Part shown: positions 26,566 to 32,000 of the stretch, piece by piece | How positions within the stretch are numbered: the first letter of the stretch is position 1 | Layout of the letters: each line of letters begins with the position of its first letter | Assembly: GCF_001457615.1 (NCBI RefSeq) | Contig: NZ_LN831024.1 | Span: 6,150,001 to 6,182,000, forward strand | Reading direction: 5' to 3' | Source: Pseudomonas aeruginosa | Lineage (GTDB): Bacteria; Pseudomonadota; Gammaproteobacteria; Pseudomonadales; Pseudomonadaceae | Length of the DNA: 32,000 nucleotides | Notes under the pieces: model-generated | The model's database searches: none | What the model was told of the DNA's origin: nothing | The model's input: only the letters and a program-made list of their open reading frames with translations | Translations under genes and position numbers: made by a program

Positions 26566-28763
26566 CAGTAGTACTTCAGTTCCTTGGCCCAGGAGCTGTC
26601 GGCGTAGGTCGACTTCAGCGTACGGAACCATTGCTTGCGCTCGGCCTGCGGGATGTCCTGCTGGCCGCAGGTGTTGTAGCCGGCCGGGGCGAAGCAGTTG
26701 ATCGCGCGGAACAGCGCGTAGGCCTTGTCTTCGCGCGGAGCCTTGGGGTTGTCCATGACCAGGCGATAGCCATCCAGCCGGGAGTACACCTCGCCCTTGA
26801 AGCCGCTCGGGGTGCCGCCCAGCTCGTTGGCCTCGGGCTGGCTGTCCAGCGGCATGCCGTCGAGACCGTTGCGCAGGATGAATTCACCCAGGCAGTTCAG
26901 GCCCTTCGGGTCCTTGTCATCGGCGGCCAGCGCCGCGGCCGACTCGGCGATGGCCGGGCAAACGTAGCCGGACTCGGCCTTGTCGCCCTTCCAGCGGAAC
27001 AGCTCCAGGCTGTTGCCGGCGCCGTAGACATAGCCGAGGCTGGTGCCCAGCTTGGTCTGCGAGGGGGTTTCGCCGAGCAGCGCGAAGTCCTTGCCGAAGT
27101 CGGCGAAGCGGCTGCGGCGCAGGTCCTTGTAAAGGAGAGTGAACAGCGCGGTATCGCGCTCTTCCGCCGTCGCGCCCTGCTTGGCCTGGCGGCGCAACAG
27201 CGCGGCGTCGGCGACGTTGCGCAGGAGGATGCTGCGCAGCAGCGGCTCCTGGACCGGCGAACCTTCGGCGAAGACCTTTTCCAACTGGCCGCTGCGCTCG
27301 TAGTTGAGCGCCAGGGCCAGCTGCAACTGGCCCTTCTGGTACGGCTGCGCGGCCTGCGGCAACAGTTCCAGCCAGAGCGCCTCGGCGGCTTTCCAGTCCT
27401 TCTGCTGCTCCAGCGCCAGCCCGCGCAGGGTCTGCTGGCTGAAGCCGACGTAGTCGAGGCTGCCGACCTTTTGCGGCAGCGCTTCGAGGGTCTTCGCCGG
27501 ATCCTGGTCGACATAGAAGCGATAGGCCGCCTGCAGGTAGGCGAACAGTTCGGGATGCGCGGCGAAGCTGGCCTGTTGGGCCTGCAGCGTTTCCCAGGTG
27601 AAGCTGCGCGGGGTCGACGGATCGTGGGCGCGCATCTGCACCAGGTCGGCTACCGCCAGCAGCAGCGGAGTCTGGATGTCGCCGAGCTGGATACCGGTCA
27701 GGAGCTTGTTGTCGACCTCCTGGACCAGGTCTTCCAGGGCCATGTTGCGCTGCCCTTGCTCGGCTTCGGCGAATTGCGCGGCATAGTCCTGGGCCAGCAG
27801 CTTCTGGTCGCCGGCCAGCCAATGCACGCGCCGTTGCAAGCCCTTGGCCGAGGCGGCGTAGAGCCCCTTCGGATACGCCTGCAGGTAGGCCTCGAGGGCG
27901 CTGCGGGTCTGTTCCAGGCGAGCCTTGTCGACATTCTGCAGCTCGGGGAAGCCCATGTCGTCGAAGGCGTTCTGCTGGGCGGCGTTGAGCAGGGTGCGCG
28001 CCTGCAGGTACAGGGCGGTTTCCTTCAGCCAGGGCTGCGACACGTCCTGCAACGCCTTGAAGCCCTGTTCGGCTTCGTCGAAGCGACCGCTGTAGAAGTT
28101 GGCCGCAGCCTCCAGGTACGTGGCGAAGGCCTTGCCTGCGGCCGACTCGACGCCTTGCGCGAGCACACCGCCCAGTTCCTCTTGTTCCCAGCCGCAGGCA
28201 CCGAGCAGGTCCAGGCGGCTGTTGGCCAGGGCCTTGGTCTCCGCCTCGCCCAGCCCGGCGTCACGCACCTGGCGAAGAAACGCCAGCGCGCTGTCCTGGT
28301 CGTTGCTGCGGCAGCGGCTGCCCTCGCCCTCGAAGAATTCGGCGCCGGCGATCTTTTCCGGTAGCGCTTCGGCGCCCATCTGCCGGGCCAGTTCGGCGAG
28401 CGGCGAGGGCGCTGGCGCAGGCGGCGGTGTCTCGGCCTCGCTCGCCGCCGACGGCGCGGGCGGCTGGCTGCCGTCGCCGGGCAGCAGGCGGAACAGGCCG
28501 AACGGCACCAGGCCGTAGCCTTCGAGCTTCTCTTCCTCCGACGGCGGCGCCTCCACCAGCCGCCAGTGGCCGGCGTCGGCCAGCAGCAGGCGCAGGTTGG
28601 CGCGGGTGTCGTTGCCCGGGGCGAGGAACGGCAGGGTATCGCAGACACCGCCGCCGACCAGCGACCAATCGGGATAGCAGGAGTCGTCGCTGCTGGCCTG
28701 GGCCAGCGGGGAGAGACCGGCGCCCACCAGCAGGAGGGCGGGAAGAAGCGGCTTCGAGCGCAT
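26562..28763 (-). CDS. 733-aa secreted protein of unknown function (all-alpha, TPR-like)
   Basis: AAGGA SD upstream. Signal peptide MRSKPLLPALLLVGAGLSPLAQA, then a Pro/Ala-rich linker (QPPAPSAASEAETPPPAPAPSP). Several Cys residues cluster in pairs in the N- and C-terminal regions. TPR-like segments include YLEAAANFYSGRFDEAEQGFKAL. Confidence 0.7.
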   Translation of the reverse strand: MRSKPLLPALLLVGAGLSPLAQASSDDSCYPDWSLVGGGVCDTLPFLAPGNDTRANLRLLLADAGHWRLVEAPPSEEEKLEGYGLVPFGLFRLLPGDGSQPPAPSAASEAETPPPAPAPSPLAELARQMGAEALPEKIAGAEFFEGEGSRCRSNDQDSALAFLRQVRDAGLGEAETKALANSRLDLLGACGWEQEELGGVLAQGVESAAGKAFATYLEAAANFYSGRFDEAEQGFKALQDVSQPWLKETALYLQARTLLNAAQQNAFDDMGFPELQNVDKARLEQTRSALEAYLQAYPKGLYAASAKGLQRRVHWLAGDQKLLAQDYAAQFAEAEQGQRNMALEDLVQEVDNKLLTGIQLGDIQTPLLLAVADLVQMRAHDPSTPRSFTWETLQAQQASFAAHPELFAYLQAAYRFYVDQDPAKTLEALPQKVGSLDYVGFSQQTLRGLALEQQKDWKAAEALWLELLPQAAQPYQKGQLQLALALNYERSGQLEKVFAEGSPVQEPLLRSILLRNVADAALLRRQAKQGATAEERDTALFTLLYKDLRRSRFADFGKDFALLGETPSQTKLGTSLGYVYGAGNSLELFRWKGDKAESGYVCPAIAESAAALAADDKDPKGLNCLGEFILRNGLDGMPLDSQPEANELGGTPSGFKGEVYSRLDGYRLVMDNPKAPREDKAYALFRAINCFAPAGYNTCGQQDIPQAERKQWFRTLKSTYADSSWAKELKYYW

Positions 28764-28821
28764 GAATCGTCCTTAATTCGTGGGAGTCGAAAGTGCTACA
28801 GCATACTCCGCCGGATCGCGT

Positions 28822-31722
28822 TCAACGAGCCTGGCGCAAACCTTCCTCCAGGGCATGGGCCGGCAACGGCCGGCCGATCAGGTAGCCCTGCAGCTCGTCG
28901 CAACGCTGGGCCACCAGGAAGTCCCGCTGTTCGATGGTTTCCACGCCTTCGGCGACCACCTTCAGGTCGAGGCTGTGGGCCATGGCGATGATCGCCCGGA
29001 TGATCGCCGCATCCTCGCTGTTCTGGGTCAGGTCGCGGACGAACGACTGGTCGATCTTCAGGTAGTCCAGCGGCAGGCGCTTCAGGTAGCTGAGCGAGGA
29101 ATAGCCGGTGCCGAAGTCGTCGACCGATAGCTTCACCCCCATCTCACGCAACTGGCGGAAGGTCGCCAGGACACTATCGAGGGCGTCCAGCCACTGGCTT
29201 TCGGTCAACTCCAGCTCCAGTTGCGCCGCCGGCAGGCCGCTGTCGGCCAGCGCCGAGCGCACTACGTCGAGCAGGTCGCCCTGGCGCAACTGGTGGACCG
29301 AGAGGTTCACCGAGACCCGCAGGTTCAGGCCCCGCTGGCTCCACTCGGCGGCCTGCAGGCAGGCCCGGCGCAGGACGAATTCACCGATCTCGCCGATCAA
29401 CCCGCACTCCTCGGCGAGGCCGATGAAGGTCGACGGCGGGATCATGCCCTCCTCCGGATGGTGCCAGCGCACCAGCGCCTCGACCGAGTCCGGGCGGGCG
29501 CTGGCCAGGCACAGCTTGGGCTGGTAATGCACGTCCAGCTGGCCCTCCTCGACCGCCTTGCGCAACCGGGTTTCCAGGCGCAGGCGTTCGAGGGTGCTGT
29601 CCTGCAGGTTGTCGCGGAAGAACTGGAAGGTATTGCCGCCGAGTTGCTTGGCATGTTGCATCGCCAGGTTCGCCTGGCTCATCAGCACGGAGATTTCCCG
29701 TGCCTGCTCGGAAAACAGGCTGATCCCCAGCGAGGCGCCGAGGATCAACTCGTGGCCGAGCACGCTCACCGGCTGGCGCAACTGGACCAGCAGGCGTTCG
29801 GCCAGGCGCGACAGGGCCGCGGTGCCGGTGCCGCCATCGAGGAGAATGGCGAACTCGTCGCCGGCCAGACGCGCCAGGGTGTTGGCTTCCGGCGCGGTGC
29901 GCCGCAGGCGCTGGGCCATCTCCCTGAGCAACTGGTCGGCGACCTCGTGGCCGAGGCTGTCGTTGAGCAGCTTGAAGCGGTCCAGGTCGATCAGCAGCAG
30001 GGCCAGCCCGCCCTCCTCCTGGCGCGCCCGCTGGGCCGCCTCGTGCAGCCGCTCGCGGAACAACCGGCGGTTGGCCAGGCCGGTCAGTTCGTCGTAGTGC
30101 AGCAGGTGACGCAGGCGCTCCTCGACGTCGCGGCGGGCACTGAGATCGGTGAAGAAACCGACGATGTGGGTCGCCTCGCCATTGCCGTCGCGCAGCAGGT
30201 TGAGCTGCAGCCATTGGGGATAGGGATCGCCATTCTTCCGCGTATCCACCAGTTCGCCCTGCCACTGCCCGTGCTGGCGCAGCTCGGCGCGGATCTGCCG
30301 GTAGTGGCGCTGGGCCTCGGGGGTATTCACCAGCAGGCTGGCGTTGCGCCCGACCACGTCCTCGCGGCGATAGCCGGTGATGCGACTGAAGGCCTGGTTG
30401 ACCGCCAGCAGGTTGTAGGCCGGATCGAGGATCACGATGCTCTCGCTGGCCGCCTCGAACACTGTCGCGGCCAGTTGCTGCTGCTCTTCCAGGCGCTTGC
30501 GCGCGCTGATGTCGCTGCGCGTGCCGAGCATCCGCGTCACCCGTCCCCGCGGGTCGCGAGCCATGGCCCGGCCACGATCCTCCAGCCAGCGCCAGCCGCC
30601 CTCCCGGTCGCGCACGCGGTACTCCACCCGGTACAGCTCGCTGCGCCCCTTGAGATGTTCGGCGAGGGCGCGACGGATGCGCGGCAGGTCGCCGGGGTGG
30701 ATGCTTTCGATCAGCCTGCGATAGTCCTCGGGACCGCCCCCGGCGTCGCTGAAGACCGCCTCGAGATAGGAATGCTGGACCCGGCCGCTCTCCAGGTCCC
30801 AGTCCCACAACCCCAGTTCGCTGGCCTCCAGGGCCATGGCCAGGCGCGCCTCGCTCTGGCTGAGCGCCTGGCTGGTCGCGCCAAGCTCCTCGGTGCGCGC
30901 CTCCACCCGGCGCTGCAAGGCGTCGCGGGCGGCGCGCAGCTCGCGTTCGACCAGGCGCCGCTGGCCGACCTCCTGGGCGAGCTTGCGATTGAGCGCTTCG
31001 GCCTCCGCATTGACGCGTTCCAGGTGCAGGTTCAGCGCCTGGGTCTGGAAGCGTCGCAGCAGCGCGCCCTGCACCAGCCGGTGGATCTGCCCGGCGACCA
31101 CCAGCAGCGCCACCAGCAGGATCAGGCCGAGCACGCCCCAGCCCTGCAACAGGCTATGCGGCTGCAACAGCAGGAAAACGATGGATGGCAGCAGGCCCGG
31201 CAAGGCGAAGGTGAGGAAGGCCGGCAGGCTCACCGCATAGGCGACGCTGGCGGAGAGGATCGCCGCCGCCACCAGGCCGAACACCAGCACCTGCTGGAGG
31301 AAGGCATCGGCCGGGACCAGCATGATCACCGCGAACGCCAGGGTCAGGCCCGAGGCGCCGGCGCCGCACAGGAAGGTCCGCCGCCAGTGGCGGCTGGCCT
31401 GGCGACGGCTGTCGGCCTGCTGGAAGGCGGCGACCTGCAGCAGGCGCAGGACGGCGAGCAACACCAGCCAGACCAGCCAGCCGCCGAGCAGCCAGCTGCT
31501 GACCTTGCCCCACACCAGGCAGGCGCTGGTCACGCCGCCGAGCAGCATGAGCAGGGTCGGCGTGCGCGAGCCGAGATAAAGGAGCCGGGTACGCTCGATG
31601 GCGATTTCGCGGGCGTAGAGCCGCAGTACATCGGTGCTGCCGCCCGGCAGCGCCAAGGGCTCGACATGGACGGTCATAGGCGCTTGTTCTTGTAGTGGTT
31701 TGCCTTGAAGTGGCCGGAGCAT
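28822..31722 (-). CDS. Membrane-anchored PAS-PAS-GGDEF-EAL c-di-GMP signalling protein
   Basis: The N-terminal roughly 200 aa are multi-TM, followed by a coiled coil and two PAS domains. The GGDEF domain has an AGDEF motif (RLAGDEFAIL). The EAL domain has EALVRW, ELTE, DDFGTGYSSL, KIDQSF, EGVE and QGY. The start could be ATG 31722 or ATG 31677; neither has a good SD. Confidence 0.85.
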   Translation of the reverse strand: MLRPLQGKPLQEQAPMTVHVEPLALPGGSTDVLRLYAREIAIERTRLLYLGSRTPTLLMLLGGVTSACLVWGKVSSWLLGGWLVWLVLLAVLRLLQVAAFQQADSRRQASRHWRRTFLCGAGASGLTLAFAVIMLVPADAFLQQVLVFGLVAAAILSASVAYAVSLPAFLTFALPGLLPSIVFLLLQPHSLLQGWGVLGLILLVALLVVAGQIHRLVQGALLRRFQTQALNLHLERVNAEAEALNRKLAQEVGQRRLVERELRAARDALQRRVEARTEELGATSQALSQSEARLAMALEASELGLWDWDLESGRVQHSYLEAVFSDAGGGPEDYRRLIESIHPGDLPRIRRALAEHLKGRSELYRVEYRVRDREGGWRWLEDRGRAMARDPRGRVTRMLGTRSDISARKRLEEQQQLAATVFEAASESIVILDPAYNLLAVNQAFSRITGYRREDVVGRNASLLVNTPEAQRHYRQIRAELRQHGQWQGELVDTRKNGDPYPQWLQLNLLRDGNGEATHIVGFFTDLSARRDVEERLRHLLHYDELTGLANRRLFRERLHEAAQRARQEEGGLALLLIDLDRFKLLNDSLGHEVADQLLREMAQRLRRTAPEANTLARLAGDEFAILLDGGTGTAALSRLAERLLVQLRQPVSVLGHELILGASLGISLFSEQAREISVLMSQANLAMQHAKQLGGNTFQFFRDNLQDSTLERLRLETRLRKAVEEGQLDVHYQPKLCLASARPDSVEALVRWHHPEEGMIPPSTFIGLAEECGLIGEIGEFVLRRACLQAAEWSQRGLNLRVSVNLSVHQLRQGDLLDVVRSALADSGLPAAQLELELTESQWLDALDSVLATFRQLREMGVKLSVDDFGTGYSSLSYLKRLPLDYLKIDQSFVRDLTQNSEDAAIIRAIIAMAHSLDLKVVAEGVETIEQRDFLVAQRCDELQGYLIGRPLPAHALEEGLRQAR

Positions 31723-31817
31723 AACCGAGCAGGGGCAGGCTGCCCAAGGCCGGGATAGAGCATTTTTCCGCAGCCAGGCCCGACGCTGCGCCGGCCTGCG
31801 CCGAATGGCGGCCCGGT

Positions 31818-31847
31818 TTGCCCGGCTTTTCCCCGCCCCGGTAGAAT
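31818..31847 (+). promoter_or_regulatory. Candidate sigma70 promoter abutting the uvrD start codon
   Basis: TTGCCC (31818-31823), an 18-nt spacer, then TAGAAT (31842-31847). The uvrD ATG begins 7 nt after the -10 hexamer, with no SD in between. Confidence 0.3.
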
Positions 31848-31853
31848 GCCGCG

Positions 31854-32000
31854 ATGAACGACGACCTCTCCCTCCTGCTGAACTCCCTCAACGACCCGCA
31901 GCGCCAGGCCGTGGCCGCGCCGCTGGGCCGCCAACTGGTCCTCGCCGGCGCCGGCTCGGGCAAGACCCGCGTGCTGGTGCACCGGATCGCCTGGCTGATC
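31854..32000 (+). CDS. uvrD: DNA helicase II, N-terminal part (continues beyond window)
   Basis: [49 protein letters not shown]. Walker A GAGSGKT is present and the sequence is close to the E. coli UvrD N-terminus. An in-frame TAG at 31842-31844 excludes an upstream start. Confidence 0.85.
   Translation, partial: MNDDLSLLLNSLNDPQRQAVAAPLGRQLVLAGAGSGKTRVLVHRIAWLI

Noticed and set aside
26566-26631. Upstream ATG start (26631) for the DUF3142-like gene, implying a 70-nt coding overlap with the 733-aa gene. Analogous long N-terminal extensions appear in the track for purE (7577), pycA (20642), the yeaD-like gene (3933) and trhP (24437).
   Set aside because: The extensions are unconserved-looking and lack an SD. 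In the DUF3142 case the extension would bury the signal peptide. Internal starts give canonical N-termini and sensible spacing or coupling.
31723-31853. LexA/SOS box upstream of uvrD.
   Set aside because: No CTG-N10-CAG-type palindrome is present in the spacer.

Overview
GC-rich (roughly two-thirds G+C by eye) gamma-proteobacterial chromosomal DNA. From memory, unverified by search, gene content and order match the Pseudomonas aeruginosa core genome between the sarcosine oxidase cluster and uvrD. I call about 27 protein-coding genes, in this order: soxA (3' part), soxG, purU, fdhA, a YeaD-like hexose-6-P mutarotase, DUF3299, a YeaQ/GlsB-like membrane protein, purK-purE, adhA, a LysR regulator, aspA, a YeeE/YedE-like membrane protein, a MocR-type regulator, two GNAT acetyltransferases, mtr, pycB-pycA, pycR, a small Arg/Glu-rich ORF, an RpiR/HexR-like regulator, a zwf paralogue, trhP (yegQ), a DUF3142-like protein, a 733-aa secreted protein, a PAS-GGDEF-EAL protein, and uvrD (5' part). 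I found no tRNA, rRNA, CRISPR array, transposase, integrase or compositional island, so this is mostly ordinary housekeeping and metabolic core genome. The many long alternate-frame ORFs in the track are GC-driven shadow ORFs. Two items are most worth follow-up. (1) A predicted operon links a c-di-GMP enzyme to two secreted proteins of unknown function; the last two genes are joined by a GTGA stop/start overlap. (2) A tandemly duplicated two-hairpin RNA-like module, each copy ending in TCCCTTCTTTT, lies in the 363-nt aspA-yeeE spacer. Smaller observations are a REP-like CCCCTCTC/GAGAGGGG hairpin family after soxA, soxG and purU, several clear operator-like repeats (HexR-like, MocR-like, PycR region), an attenuator-like purE leader hairpin and a possibly leaderless uvrD. 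All functional calls rest on recognising protein motifs and synteny by eye. No database search was run.
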